Source: Acidimicrobiia bacterium | GTDB lineage: Bacteria; Actinomycetota; Acidimicrobiia; IMCC26256; PALSA-610 | Length of the DNA: 64,000 nucleotides | Assembly: GCA_038238245.1 (NCBI GenBank) | Contig: JBBRXX010000027.1 | Span: 154 to 64,153 of the forward strand | Direction of reading: 5' to 3' | Shown: piece after piece, positions 48,193 to 58,618 of the stretch | Layout of the letters: each line of letters opens with the position of its first letter | Numbering within the stretch: position 1 is the first letter of the stretch | Notes under the pieces: generated by a model | Seen by the model: the letters and a program-made list of their open reading frames with translations, nothing else | The model's database searches: none | What the model was told of the DNA's origin: nothing | Position numbers and translations under genes: made by a program

Positions 48193-49285
48193 GCATCCCG
48201 ACCTCCTGAAGTCTGCACGGAGGGGGTTGCGGGTGCGGCATCGCGGCGTCGCGAACTCTCGAAACCTCTTGTACATCTGTGCCGGAGTCCTCGCGGTGCT
48301 CGGCGCGGCTGCACTTGCACTCCCGACTGCTCGGTTCCACGCAGAGGCTCGCGTGATGGTGGCAGCGCCGTTCACGACAAGCGGCATGATCCGCACCGTA
48401 CGCACGCTCGGAGATGGAGCAACGGTGCGCGCCGACGGATCTCAGATCTTCATCGCCTTGACCGCGTCGAACCGGCGGACCGCGCGCGAGCGCGCCGTGG
48501 CACTCGCGCACCTTGCCCTCGACGACGGCTTACGCCAGGTCACCGCCACCGCCGATGAGCAGGTGGCGGCGGCGAAAGATGCTGAGGCACGAGCGGCTGC
48601 CCAACTCGCGACGCTGGCCGCTCCTCCAGGTGTCGCGGATCCCAGGCCTGCGTTGCAGAGGCTCGAGGCCATCGTTCACGCACTCGAGCGACAGAGCGAA
48701 CGGGCGGCCGCGGCGGGAAAGCCCGTGCGCGCGATCGATCTGAGCCTCGCCGAGAATCAACAGGCCATGTTCGCACTTCGGGCGCAGGTTGAACGTCACG
48801 ATCAGCTCGTGCGTGCGCAGGTCCGGGCCCGTCAGCAGGAACTGGATGCGACGGCGACACGCGGGAAGGCGACCGTCGAAGCGCGCGCCGCGACCGTTGA
48901 CGCGACTGTTCACAAGACCGGTCGCGGGGCCGACGCTTGGTTTCCGGGTGTCGCCTTCGGCCTCGCCGTGATCGTGTTCGCGGCCGGCGGACTCCTAGGG
49001 CGGCCGAAGCTCCACGTCAGATGGCCGTTTCCGTTGCGAGGCGGTGCGCAGTCTTCGTCGACCGTGCGTGTCGCGCCCCGTCCTTTGCCGACTCAAAGGG
49101 TTGAGCAACGGGCCGACTATCTGCGCGCCTTGCCCAACCGCGAGCGGGACTTTTACCTCGCGCTCGGTCTTTCACCGCCCGAGGACACAGACGTGGATTC
49201 AGCGACGTCTCTCGATGTCACACGGGAAGAAGCGTTCGACGAGCACAGCTCTCCGCCGGGCGAAGCAAACGCCACCAGGTCCTGA
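48131..49285 (+). CDS. Two-TM protein with central coiled coil (Wzz/Wzc-like topology)
   Basis: TM LLYICAGVLAVLG, coiled coil, TM GVAFGLAVIVFAAG. Confidence 0.6.
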   Translation: MKIEEATSPEALTSPPRILGEHPDLLKSARRGLRVRHRGVANSRNLLYICAGVLAVLGAAALALPTARFHAEARVMVAAPFTTSGMIRTVRTLGDGATVRADGSQIFIALTASNRRTARERAVALAHLALDDGLRQVTATADEQVAAAKDAEARAAAQLATLAAPPGVADPRPALQRLEAIVHALERQSERAAAAGKPVRAIDLSLAENQQAMFALRAQVERHDQLVRAQVRARQQELDATATRGKATVEARAATVDATVHKTGRGADAWFPGVAFGLAVIVFAAGGLLGRPKLHVRWPFPLRGGAQSSSTVRVAPRPLPTQRVEQRADYLRALPNRERDFYLALGLSPPEDTDVDSATSLDVTREEAFDEHSSPPGEANATRS

Positions 49286-49331
49286 AGGGCATCGCGGCAA
49301 CCCTGTTCTGTGTGTCCGCGATCATGTGCAC

Positions 49332-50009
49332 ATGGTGCTGTCGCCCCAGGTCCTGATCCTTGTCACAGGATCTGTGCCAGGGGTCGGGAAATCCTCGTTG
49401 GCGAGGGCGCTGGCTGATGCGTTCGACGCCGACAATCGCCGCGTCGAGCTGTTTCGCGAGGAAGACATTCGCAGGAACGCCGCGTTCCGTCAGGTGATGT
49501 ACGAGTTCGATTCGATGGGCGAGGTGCAACGCGCGACCCTGCTCAGCGCAGCCGCGGGCTACTTGGCATCGATCCGGGAGCGCGGAAGCGATGTGGTCGT
49601 GCTCGACGCGCTACTTCCGTACCTTCCGTCACTGCTCGCTTGGGGCGATACCGACGATGACATCGGCAACTTCTTCGACCGTCTCGCTGAGTTGTTCGAT
49701 GGCTTCGCGGTCTTGGAGGTGCACCTCCTCGCGAACCCGCGAGTCGCACTCGCGCGCGCGGCGCAACGAGAAGGTGGAGCATGGTTGGAGAACCACATCG
49801 CCAAAGTCTCGGGGTTCACATCCACGCGCCGGATCTCGACGCTCGATGATGTCGTCGCGTTCTACGGCGACGCGGCCGCGCGGAGCCAAAGTCTGCTGGA
49901 TCGATCACCCTGGCCGGTCGCGCAGATTGACGCCACCGGAGGTCAGGCACACACGTTGGCGAAGGCGCTGGATGCCGGCGTGTCCCTCTTCAAACGCCTG
50001 GGTCGGTAA
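49332..50009 (+). CDS. P-loop nucleotide-kinase-like protein
   Basis: ILVTGSVPGVGKSS; VVVLD. Confidence 0.7.
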   Translation: MVLSPQVLILVTGSVPGVGKSSLARALADAFDADNRRVELFREEDIRRNAAFRQVMYEFDSMGEVQRATLLSAAAGYLASIRERGSDVVVLDALLPYLPSLLAWGDTDDDIGNFFDRLAELFDGFAVLEVHLLANPRVALARAAQREGGAWLENHIAKVSGFTSTRRISTLDDVVAFYGDAAARSQSLLDRSPWPVAQIDATGGQAHTLAKALDAGVSLFKRLGR

Positions 50010-50138
50010 TTTGGCGTCCGGGCAATCCGAGGTCGGCGATGAAGGAAGTCCTCGCGGGCGCGCGTTGCCAGGATGGCCGGCGACGCGCAATACTCCGGCG
50101 GCGCGCTCGCGGGGGGTGGGCGCACAAGTAGGGATTGC

Positions 50139-51314
50139 ATGACTTCAGTGCCACCCGAGCTTCGTCCGATGCTGCGGTGTCCGGGTTGCGATTCGGAAAC
50201 GCCCGACCTCGCGTACTGTGTGCGCTGCGGCACGACGCTGGGTTCGGCGGATACGCGGGCGAAACGGACTGCACGACGAGAGTTCGCGGCTGCCCCGCGT
50301 GAGCGCACCTGGGCGCCGCATGTCGCGTCGACGCTGTTCCCGCAGTTGTCCGACGCCGACATGACGCACTTCACGATCCTGCTCGCGCTCATGATGGCGG
50401 TTGTCGTTGGACTGGCCATCGGCGGTCTGTATCCGCTGGCACTGACGGTCGCGACCGCGGTACTCCCGATCCTCATGGTGTTGTACCTGTACTCGATCGA
50501 CATCTACGAGCGCGAACCGGTGCGCGTCGTCGCATTCACGATGCTGTGGGGCCTGATTGTCGGCGTCGGGCTGGGCCTGTGGCTGCACAACGTCGGAGTG
50601 CCGTTCGGACCGCGTGGGCTCAACCAACTGAGCCACAGCGACGTGCTCGTGCGAGTCGTTGCGGTGCCGCTCGCCGGCGCCGCGTTGGTGACGCTCGGGC
50701 TCGTCCCGCTGCTCCGCTACAAGCGTTTCAACGACGTGCTCGACGGCACGACGTTCGGCGCCGCGTCGGCCATCACGGCGGTGTGTACGCAGACGATCGT
50801 GCAGCCGTGGTCGCTGCTCTTCGCCGGCTTCCGGCCCCCGGGCCCGACACGGACGTGGGTCGTCCAGCTGGTCGAGATCGGCGTGTTGGTGCCGCTGATC
50901 TGGGCAGGAGCGCTCGGAGCCGTCGGTGCCGCATTGTGGCTCCGTTTCCGCGCGCCGGTCCGTGATCGCGGCGCGCTCGGTCTCGTCGGCTCACCGGCGT
51001 TCGCGATGGTTGGCGCCGCCGTCGTGCTCGTGGCGGCCTACGTCGGCTGGCAGGAGCTCTCGCTCGTGGCCGGTCTCGTGTGGACCGCGTTCGTCGCCGC
51101 CGTCGCGGTGATCGTGCTCCGCATGGCCATCCACGTCGGGCTCATCGAAGAGGCCGACGAGATCGAGATCGGGCCCGACGTGCTGTGCGCGAACTGCCAC
51201 CGCGACACGCCGCTCCACACGTTCTGCGCGCGGTGCGGTGTCGCGCTCAAGGCGTTGCCGAAGGCGCGGCGTGCGCGATCCGACGGCGGCGAGCAGACCG
51301 GAGCCGGCGCGTGA
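50139..51314 (+). CDS. Zinc-ribbon-flanked PrsW-like membrane protein
   Basis: CxxC pairs at both ends; DIYEREP, FNDVLDG..FG; many TMs. Confidence 0.78.
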   Translation: MTSVPPELRPMLRCPGCDSETPDLAYCVRCGTTLGSADTRAKRTARREFAAAPRERTWAPHVASTLFPQLSDADMTHFTILLALMMAVVVGLAIGGLYPLALTVATAVLPILMVLYLYSIDIYEREPVRVVAFTMLWGLIVGVGLGLWLHNVGVPFGPRGLNQLSHSDVLVRVVAVPLAGAALVTLGLVPLLRYKRFNDVLDGTTFGAASAITAVCTQTIVQPWSLLFAGFRPPGPTRTWVVQLVEIGVLVPLIWAGALGAVGAALWLRFRAPVRDRGALGLVGSPAFAMVGAAVVLVAAYVGWQELSLVAGLVWTAFVAAVAVIVLRMAIHVGLIEEADEIEIGPDVLCANCHRDTPLHTFCARCGVALKALPKARRARSDGGEQTGAGA

Positions 51315-52114
51315 CCCAGACCGAAGTACCCGCGCCGCCGACGCCTCCGCCCCCGATCGTTCCGGAGCGGACCCATCCTCCCGGAGACACCCGTCCGCGC
51401 GTGAACCCGTTGTTGCTCTTCGTCCTGGGCGGCATCGGCGTGATGATCGTGATCGGGATCGCGAGCGCGCTGATCGCCGCGCTCGGTCCTGGATCCGCGA
51501 AGGGAGACTGTCTGGACGCGAACACGTGCGTGACCCCGGTTGCAATTCCCTTCAGCAATGGCACGCCGTCCATCGCCAACGACCTCGGGTATTCGTACCG
51601 CTACGACGCGGTGAATCTCACGCAATCGACGAAGTCCAGCGACGGCCGGGACGTCACGCTCAAGACCGATGGCGGACACTTGATCGTCCGGGTGACTGGC
51701 GCTCCGGCCTCCGACAGCACCCCTCAGAGTCTCCTGGACGCTCGCATGGACGATTTGACCTCGGAGTATGGCGAGCTGGAACAAGATCCGGGCTCGGGCA
51801 GCGACTCTGAGCACTCCGACAACTCACCGACCCACCTCGTTTCCCAGAGCATCGGGCACATTCGCGCAATTGGTGGTTCGTATCGCTCCGTGGGCTTCTC
51901 GGACGGTCCCACCGGCGACACTCCGTTCATTGCGATCTTCGCCGCGGGCAACGGGCGGGTGAACATCGTGATCTCCGTCGCCGTGATCACCGATTACTAC
52001 ACGTACAACGAGGACGCGACCGACACCTCTGAAAGTCGATGCAACGGCTGGAAATGGGTGAAGTGCGGGCGCAATACCGGAACCCTCATCTTGGACACGA
52101 TGCAATGGCCATGA
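51311..52114 (+). CDS. Membrane-anchored hypothetical protein
   Basis: GTGA overlap with previous gene; Pro-rich start, one TM, extracytoplasmic domain. Confidence 0.7.
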   Translation: MTQTEVPAPPTPPPPIVPERTHPPGDTRPRVNPLLLFVLGGIGVMIVIGIASALIAALGPGSAKGDCLDANTCVTPVAIPFSNGTPSIANDLGYSYRYDAVNLTQSTKSSDGRDVTLKTDGGHLIVRVTGAPASDSTPQSLLDARMDDLTSEYGELEQDPGSGSDSEHSDNSPTHLVSQSIGHIRAIGGSYRSVGFSDGPTGDTPFIAIFAAGNGRVNIVISVAVITDYYTYNEDATDTSESRCNGWKWVKCGRNTGTLILDTMQWP

Positions 52115-53856
52115 GTCCGGTCCGGACGTCGCGATCCGCCGTCGTCGTGGTCGGCGCTCTCGTGCTCGCTTGCTCACTTGCGGCGTGTGTCGGCGAGCGG
52201 ACCCAACGCGATTCGTCCTCGGCGAAGGTCACCGGCTCCCGCGTTATACGGGTCGGCCCGACGTCGCCGGGTGAGATGATCGACCTCCGGGTCGAGTTGC
52301 GATCGCCGCGTCCGGGCGAGCGCGACGCCTTCGCGCGAGCGGTGAACGATCCCACGTCGGCGGACTACCGCCACTACCTCACGCCCGCACAGTACGGACG
52401 CCGGTTCGGTCCCTCCGACGGCGACATCACCACGGTCGGCCGTTGGCTCACACGGAACGGGATCGCGGTCGTCGGCGGTGACTCTCAACGCACAACGCTG
52501 GCGGCGCGTGGTACCGCGGCGAGGGTTGAACGTCTTCTCGGGATCGCCCTCGATGACTACCGGTCCGCGGAATCGGCGATTCCGTTTCACCTCCACAGTG
52601 GAACCCCGCTTCTTCCAACGAGTGTCGACCACCTCGTCGAGCGGGTGACCGGGTTGGACAATGAGCCCATCCAGCAAGCGCTCGCGCCCACGACGCGCGC
52701 GGCCGCCGGGCCGGAATGTCTCACGGACGGGAGCTGCCTCGGTCCCCGTCAACTCGCGAAGGCGTTCCGTTACGCCTCACTGCACGACGGGCGCTTCAAG
52801 GGTGAGAAGCAAGAAGTCGCGATCATCATGTGGAGCACTCCCGATCCGAAGGACATCGCGCAGTGGGGGAGCGACGTCGGGGTGGACACCGATCACAAGG
52901 TCGACACCGTGCTCGTCGGCACTGATCCTCCGCCCGACAAAATTGCCGAGGACGGGCGGCTCGAGGTGACCCTCGACGTGGAATCCGTCCTCTCGGTCGC
53001 ACCCAATGCACACATCACCGTGTACGAGCAACCCGACAAGTCCTACGGCTCCTTCTTCGCCGCCCTCGACAAGCTGAAGGAGGGAACACACATCGTCAAC
53101 TTCAGCGCGGGCGGTTGCGACGACCCGGACGCGACCGACAAGGACGGGAACCTTGTCATGCCGTCTCTACACGCAGCGGCCAACCGTGCGTTCGAGAAGC
53201 TGGCGAGCGTCGGCGTCACAAACGTCTTCATCTCGAGCGGAGACTCCGGCGCGTATACGTGCTGGCAATTCCACCCGAAGGATTTCCGGCCGCTCGCGGC
53301 GTTTCCAGCCTCTGTGCCGGGGGCGATCGCGGTCGGCGGGACTTCTCTGCGTCGCGCGCAGGATGGAACCTACGTCAGCGAATCGGCGTGGGAGTTTCCG
53401 CTGATCAACGTCGGGACCGGCGGAGGAATCAATCCCATCGACGAGCGACCCGCGTGGCAGACCGGACCGGGAGTTGTTCCCGCAACCCCGAAGGACAACC
53501 GCCTGATACCCGATGTCGCAGCACCCGCGGACTCCAACACGATGTGGTACCTCGTCTTCGGGGGCAAGGCGGTGCAAGTCTCGGGCACGAGCGCATCCTC
53601 ACCCTTCTGGGCAGGACTGACCGCGCTGTACCAACAGAAGGCGGGCAACAAGCATGCCGGGCCGCTGCCGTTCTTGAACCCGATCCTCTATTCGCTGGCG
53701 GCGACCGATCAGCGCAGTCGCCTCTTCCACGACATCGTCCGAGGCAGCAACCTCCTCAACGACGCGACGCCGGGCTGGGATTACGCCACCGGCCTCGGAT
53801 CACCGATCGGTGACAAGCTCGGCGACGCGATCATCAAATACTTGAAGGCGCGCTGA
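52111..53856 (+). CDS. S53 (sedolisin) peptidase lipoprotein with pro-kumamolisin domain
   Basis: LAAC lipobox; YRHYLTPAQY..FGP; EVTLD, SGDSG, GTSASSP; GWDYATGLGSP. Confidence 0.93.
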   Translation: MSPVRTSRSAVVVVGALVLACSLAACVGERTQRDSSSAKVTGSRVIRVGPTSPGEMIDLRVELRSPRPGERDAFARAVNDPTSADYRHYLTPAQYGRRFGPSDGDITTVGRWLTRNGIAVVGGDSQRTTLAARGTAARVERLLGIALDDYRSAESAIPFHLHSGTPLLPTSVDHLVERVTGLDNEPIQQALAPTTRAAAGPECLTDGSCLGPRQLAKAFRYASLHDGRFKGEKQEVAIIMWSTPDPKDIAQWGSDVGVDTDHKVDTVLVGTDPPPDKIAEDGRLEVTLDVESVLSVAPNAHITVYEQPDKSYGSFFAALDKLKEGTHIVNFSAGGCDDPDATDKDGNLVMPSLHAAANRAFEKLASVGVTNVFISSGDSGAYTCWQFHPKDFRPLAAFPASVPGAIAVGGTSLRRAQDGTYVSESAWEFPLINVGTGGGINPIDERPAWQTGPGVVPATPKDNRLIPDVAAPADSNTMWYLVFGGKAVQVSGTSASSPFWAGLTALYQQKAGNKHAGPLPFLNPILYSLAATDQRSRLFHDIVRGSNLLNDATPGWDYATGLGSPIGDKLGDAIIKYLKAR

Positions 53857-53909
53857 GCCTCGGCCCGCGGTCTGTCGGTTGGCGTCCGGGACTCACGGTC
53901 GCGCTCTTC

Positions 53910-54398
53910 GTGCTGACCGCAGCGTGCGGTAGTGGCCACAGCGACTCCTCGTCGACGACGACCGGCCCGACCGCAGCGGGGTCGTCGACCCCGACGCAGC
54001 CGGAGACGACGACCACCGAGACCGCCGCTCCCGCGCCCGGACCGGATGACGCGCGGATAGTGGAGTTGTTCGACGGCCTCATCGGGAACCTGCGACTTCA
54101 GCCGACGACCTACTTTTCGAGCCAGCAGTCTTCGGTCGCGCAGAGTTGGTCGGCAGCGGCCCAGGATGCTCGTTCGCGCGCATCGGAGATGCAGGCGCTG
54201 GGTCTCGAGAACGGCACCGAAGTCACCGACAGTGTGGCGGATGCCATCGACGCGCTCAGCGCCTGCATCGAACTCGCGCCGACGCCGCAGGACGAATTTG
54301 AACTTCAGGTACTGCTCATCGTCTGCCCGACCTGGAACCTCGAAGTACAGATCGGTCGTCTCACCGACGCGAGAACGAACGCGCTCGAGGGGATGTAG
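53910..54398 (+). CDS. Hypothetical lipoprotein
   Basis: TAACG lipobox, Ser/Thr linker; start uncertain. Confidence 0.6.
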   Translation: MLTAACGSGHSDSSSTTTGPTAAGSSTPTQPETTTTETAAPAPGPDDARIVELFDGLIGNLRLQPTTYFSSQQSSVAQSWSAAAQDARSRASEMQALGLENGTEVTDSVADAIDALSACIELAPTPQDEFELQVLLIVCPTWNLEVQIGRLTDARTNALEGM

Positions 54399-54426
54399 CC
54401 CCGAGCGATCGCGCCCCGCAATCGCG

Positions 54427-54939
54427 TCACGTCACGGGAGTGAGATCGCCGATCAGCGTTTCGGCGTGGTCGACGGTTCGTAGTGCGGTACGCATGGCCG
54501 CCGGACAGCCGAGCTCCTGTGTGTCCGGATCGACACACACCAAGACGATCTCAACCGGTTCTCCCGACCAGACCGTCATGAGGCGGACGTACGACAAACC
54601 ATCGCCGGGGACGACGCGTTGATTCGGCATTCGCACGTCTCCCGGAGTAACGACACAGTCGACCGCCGACCCACCGGGACCGGCACACGAACGCATCGTG
54701 GGTCCTTCGAGATTCTCGGTGCGTATGAGCGCGAGAGCGAAGACATCGTGGTCGCTCGCACCGCGCACGGACACCTCGATCCAGGCGCCAGCCGGACCTT
54801 GGTACCGACCCGACGTCAGCTCGAGCTCCCCGCCGAGCGATGTCGGATCGGTGACAAGGGGATTGCAACCACTCAACACAACGGCGGCACCGAGCGCGAG
54901 CAAGAATCTCCCGGGAACGATGCGGCGGAGTACCGACAC
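54427..54939 (-). CDS. Hypothetical lipoprotein
   Basis: LSGC lipobox. Confidence 0.65.
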   Translation of the reverse strand: MSVLRRIVPGRFLLALGAAVVLSGCNPLVTDPTSLGGELELTSGRYQGPAGAWIEVSVRGASDHDVFALALIRTENLEGPTMRSCAGPGGSAVDCVVTPGDVRMPNQRVVPGDGLSYVRLMTVWSGEPVEIVLVCVDPDTQELGCPAAMRTALRTVDHAETLIGDLTPVT

Positions 54940-55014
54940 TCCCGAACGGTAACGGTGTCATGGCGCGTACGCAATGAACATCGTCGCCCGCTCTGAGCGC
55001 GGCTGCGCGGATGC

Positions 55015-55575
55015 TCAGGACGCGAGGCGGTAGCGGAGATACACGATACCGTTGTTGAACCGGCGTTCGTCGAGGAGCGCCAGTTGAGCGTGCGTGTCGC
55101 GAGGGAGCGCCGACTTCCCCGATCCGACGAGTACGGGATGGACGAGCAACTGACACTCGTCGACGAGGCCGGCCTTGAAGGCGTGCGCGGCAAGATTCGC
55201 GCCTCCGACGGTGAGATCGCTCGCCGCCGAGGCCTTCAAGCTGCGGATCGCGTCGGGGTCGAAGTTTTGCGTGAGCTGGGTCTTGGTGGTCGACGCCTCG
55301 TGCAGGGTCGTGGAATAGACAACCTTGTCCGCGCCCTGCCAGACCCGGGCGAAGTCGCCCATGAGTTCTGATTGTGCGGCCAGCGCGGGGTCGGTCTCCC
55401 AGACCGCCATCGTCTCGTACAGACGCCGGCCGTAGAGGTAGGTGTTGACCGGGCGCACGAGGTCAGAGATGAACGCGAAGAACTCGTCGGTGGGTTCGGT
55501 CCAGTCGAAGTTGCCCTGCGAGTCTTCGATGTAACCGTCGAGGGAGACGTTCGTGATGTAGATCAGCTTGGCCAT
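55015..55575 (-). CDS. DHFR-like (RibD C-terminal) protein
   Basis: SLDGYIED, GRRLYETM, PVLVGSGK. Confidence 0.9.
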   Translation of the reverse strand: MAKLIYITNVSLDGYIEDSQGNFDWTEPTDEFFAFISDLVRPVNTYLYGRRLYETMAVWETDPALAAQSELMGDFARVWQGADKVVYSTTLHEASTTKTQLTQNFDPDAIRSLKASAASDLTVGGANLAAHAFKAGLVDECQLLVHPVLVGSGKSALPRDTHAQLALLDERRFNNGIVYLRYRLAS

Positions 55576-55606
55576 GTGCTTCTCCTGCTCGCCCGGCGGG
55601 TGCGGC

Positions 55607-55978
55607 TCAGCCGTCCCGCCGTTCGTCGGCAACGGGACAGATACAGAACTCGTTGTCCTCCGGGTCGATAAATACGACGTACGGGTCCTCCGGTTCGGTG
55701 CTGTCACGTACGTGGCGCGCCCCGAGTCTCCGCACCCGTTCGCATTCGCGGTCGCGATCCTCTGCCCGGCAATAGATGTCGACGTGCATCTGGTGGCGGT
55801 ATGTGACCGGATCATCTGCCACTTGCAGTGCAACCATCCCGTGGTTGCCTTGCAAGACGCGGAACTCGCCACCTTGACTGCGCGGTGCTAACCCGAGGAC
55901 TGCACACCAGAACTCCGACATTCTGTCGATGTCGGCGCAGTTGATGACCATGCTCCACTGAGGCGTTGATTCGCTCAT
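55607..55978 (-). CDS. VOC/glyoxalase-like protein
   Basis: FWCAVLG, HVDI, DPEDNEFC. Confidence 0.88.
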   Translation of the reverse strand: MSESTPQWSMVINCADIDRMSEFWCAVLGLAPRSQGGEFRVLQGNHGMVALQVADDPVTYRHQMHVDIYCRAEDRDRECERVRRLGARHVRDSTEPEDPYVVFIDPEDNEFCICPVADERRDG

Positions 55979-56062
55979 AGCTCTCCTCTCTCAGTTCTTC
56001 GGGCGTGTTCGTCAGTCGACGGAGAGATGTACACGCATCCGATCACGTCGGCGACACGCAGC

Positions 56063-56076
56063 GCACAGATTGCCCG
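56063..56076 (-). repeat. Isolated right arm of the hairpin-site family
   Basis: gcacagattgcccg, identical to 62359-62372. Confidence 0.65.
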
Positions 56077-56082
56077 CTGCAG

Positions 56083-56400
56083 CTAGACAGCCGCCATCAG
56101 GTCATCCCACGAAGCGTTGCCGGCGATCTTTGTGAGTCTTTCGACTGCGTCCCCGCCCAAGGCATCGAGGGCGGCGCGGCGCGCACGCGCGATGTCGGCC
56201 TCTTCGCTTCCCGGAGTGACGATGTGGAGGTACCCGCGCGCAACGTCGGCGCCCGCAAGCAGGCGCAAAGTGCTCTCGTGGTTACCGGAGGCCGAGTCGA
56301 GCAGCGCCCCTTGGACGAAGGTGTGCGCGAGGCCGCCGAGATCCCCAGCTGCAGCTCGTCGACAAGGTCGCCACGATCAACGACGTGGTGCGCAGGTCTT
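56083..56400 (-). pseudogene. 3' fragment of a helical (TPR-like) protein
   Basis: ..GSEEADIARARRAALDALG..ASWDDLMAAV* with no proper 5' end. Confidence 0.4.
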
Positions 56401-56406
56401 CGTGAC

Positions 56407-57116
56407 TCAGCCGGTGTCCCGCGCACTTGACGGCGGCGGTTCGTCGAACTCGTCGTGCCGGCGGAACCAGAACGAGTTTGGCGCCTGCGGCCAGCCCTCG
56501 GGCACGTCCTCGTCCTCGGTCTGTCCGCCGTAGGGCGTCAGGGAGGAGATGCTCCAAATGCTGCCGAGGCTCTGGACCATCGGCCCGTGTTGGAGAAAAT
56601 AGGTGCGATAGACGTCGTCGCCGTCGCGCAAGAACATGTTGAGCCCGAACCACTCGTCGACGCCGAAGTCTGCGGAGAAGCTTTCGGTGCAGATGGTGTA
56701 CCAGGGCAGGTCGGTCCAACCCATGCGCTTCGCGTACTGGCGGAGGTTCGCCTGGGGTGCCGGCGATGCCATGGCGAAGGTGATGTCGCGCGCGTGGAGG
56801 AGGCCGAGCTCGGGAATGCCGTCGGCGACGGACGAGCAGCCCGGACACCCGGCGCCGGGCCAACCGTCGACTCCCTCTTCGAAAAAGAACCGGTAGAGGA
56901 CGAGTTGGGTGCGCCCTTCGAATAGCTCCGGGAGTGACCGCTGCCCGTCGGGACCCTCGAAGCAGTAGTCATGTTCGACCCGCACCATCGGCATGCGCTT
57001 CCGGGCCGCCGCGAGCTCGAGCAGCGGCGGGCGACGGTCTCTTCGCGCTCGGTCAGCGCCGCGCGTGCCGCGTCCCACTCGGCCTGGCTGACGACGGGTG
57101 GACGGCCGAGGGTCAT
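56407..57116 (-). CDS. DUF899 family protein, frameshift near 57030
   Basis: MTLGRPPVVSQAEWDAAR in one frame; LAAARKRMPMV..GCPGCS..LTPYG in another. Confidence 0.85.
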
Positions 57117-57722
57117 CGCTCGAGTTTCTTGTTCGCGGCCGCGGCCGCGGCCGTCGCCGGCGGTCCGGTCAACACCCGCGGCGCGTACTCGAGCAACTGG
57201 GTGCGGCCGTCGAAGGTGCGGCTGCTGATCATGTCGAGCGCGACATCGGGATAGCCGTCGTAGATGCGCTCGTTGCCGGTGCTTCCGGTGATGACCGGGA
57301 AAACGACGACCCGGAACCGGTCCGCGAGACCGGCGGCGAGGAGCGAGCGGCACAACGACAGGCTGCCCATCGTGCGCATCGACGTTGACCCGTGTTCTTT
57401 CATCTTCCGCACGGTCTCGACTGCGTCGTCAGCCACGAGTTTGGCGTTCGGCCACGAGAGGGGGCTCGCGCAATGTCGACGAGAAGACGATCTTCGACAG
57501 GGCCGCGAGCTGTTCGGTGCCCGGCTCGCCCTCGTCGGCAAATCCCGACATCAGGCGGTAGGTGTGTGCCCCCATCAAGACCGTGTACTCGCCCTCGGGT
57601 TGCTCGCCGAGCCACGCGAGGTACTCGGGTCCCTCCAACCCCCACCAACCGGGCCAGCCCTCGCCCGCCCCATACCCGTCGAGCGTCGTGATGAAGTCGA
57701 TGAGCAGTTCCGGCATCGTCAT
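57113..57722 (-). CDS. DHFR-like protein, frameshift near 57465
   Basis: FITTLDGYG..KIVFSSTL, then PLSWPNAKLV..GSLSLCRSLL..FPVITG. Confidence 0.85.
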
Positions 57723-57783
57723 CCCCTGTTCCTCGTCCGAGGTCAGTCACTGGCATTATGACGCGACGGAAGGAGCGGCCGCC

Positions 57784-57970
57784 GTGTCGCTTGCCGCGTG
57801 CAGAACTCCTCCGTCTCACTCGACGGATTCGGCACCGGCGAAGGTCTGAGCCACGACGATATTTCGGTCATGACGGGGAGCGGCTCCACGAGTGGCTGTT
57901 CGCTACCCGGTGGTGGGAGTTCGACGGGAGCGGCGGCAGCGACGACGTCTTCGCCCAACAGCACGACCAC
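57784..57970 (+). pseudogene. 5' fragment of a fourth DHFR-like gene
   Basis: RBS gaaggag; VQNSSVSLDGFGTGEG / FGHDGERLHEWLFATRWW in shifted frames, then truncated. Confidence 0.65.
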
Positions 57971-58075
57971 CACTATGACCTCGTGGCCATCTCGTCACCC
58001 TGCGGCGTCACGCATGTGACGTCCGCACGCCAGCACTCGCGATGAGTTTCCGAGAGGAATGGAGTCTCAAGAACC

Positions 58076-58618
58076 ATGACGACAACTGTGAAAACAACAA
58101 ACCTTGGTGAAGCCGATGGGTTGCCCCCGATCGAGTGGTCCGACGTTGAAGCGCAGCTCACCGATCTCCTGACACACGACGACCCGCAATCGCCGAACCG
58201 GTCGACGTTCTGGCTGACGACCCTGAACGAAGACGGCAGCGCGCACGTGACGAGCGTCGGCGCGCTCTGGCACGCGGGTTCATGCTGGTTCCAGACCGCC
58301 GACCACACCCGCAAGGCGAAGAATCTTGCTCGCGACTCACGCTGCACGATCAGCGTCGCCACGAAAGGCTTCGACGTGATGGTCGCCGGCGAGGCCGAGC
58401 GCGTGATGGACCCGAAGACCGTGGCCGAGATTGCTGCGTTGTATGCGCAGAGCGGATGGCCCGCGCAGCCCGATGATTCGGGAACCGGCATCACCGCACC
58501 GTTCAACGCGCCGACGCTCGGTCCGCCGCCGTGGTTCGTCTACGAAGTCACGCCGCGCACCGCGACCGCCGTCGGCACGACCGAGGAGATGCCGGGTTCA
58601 ACGCGCTTTCGATTCTGA
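58076..58618 (+). CDS. Pyridoxamine 5'-phosphate oxidase-like flavin/F420-binding protein
   Basis: WLTTLNEDGSAH, RKAKNLARD, TRFRF. Confidence 0.88.
   Translation: MTTTVKTTNLGEADGLPPIEWSDVEAQLTDLLTHDDPQSPNRSTFWLTTLNEDGSAHVTSVGALWHAGSCWFQTADHTRKAKNLARDSRCTISVATKGFDVMVAGEAERVMDPKTVAEIAALYAQSGWPAQPDDSGTGITAPFNAPTLGPPPWFVYEVTPRTATAVGTTEEMPGSTRFRF

Noticed and set aside
50003-50030. Plus-strand copy of the hairpin site (cggTAAt...cgggcaatc) at a stop codon
   Set aside because: Left arm lacks CTGCC and the outer pairing geometry does not fit; could be chance.
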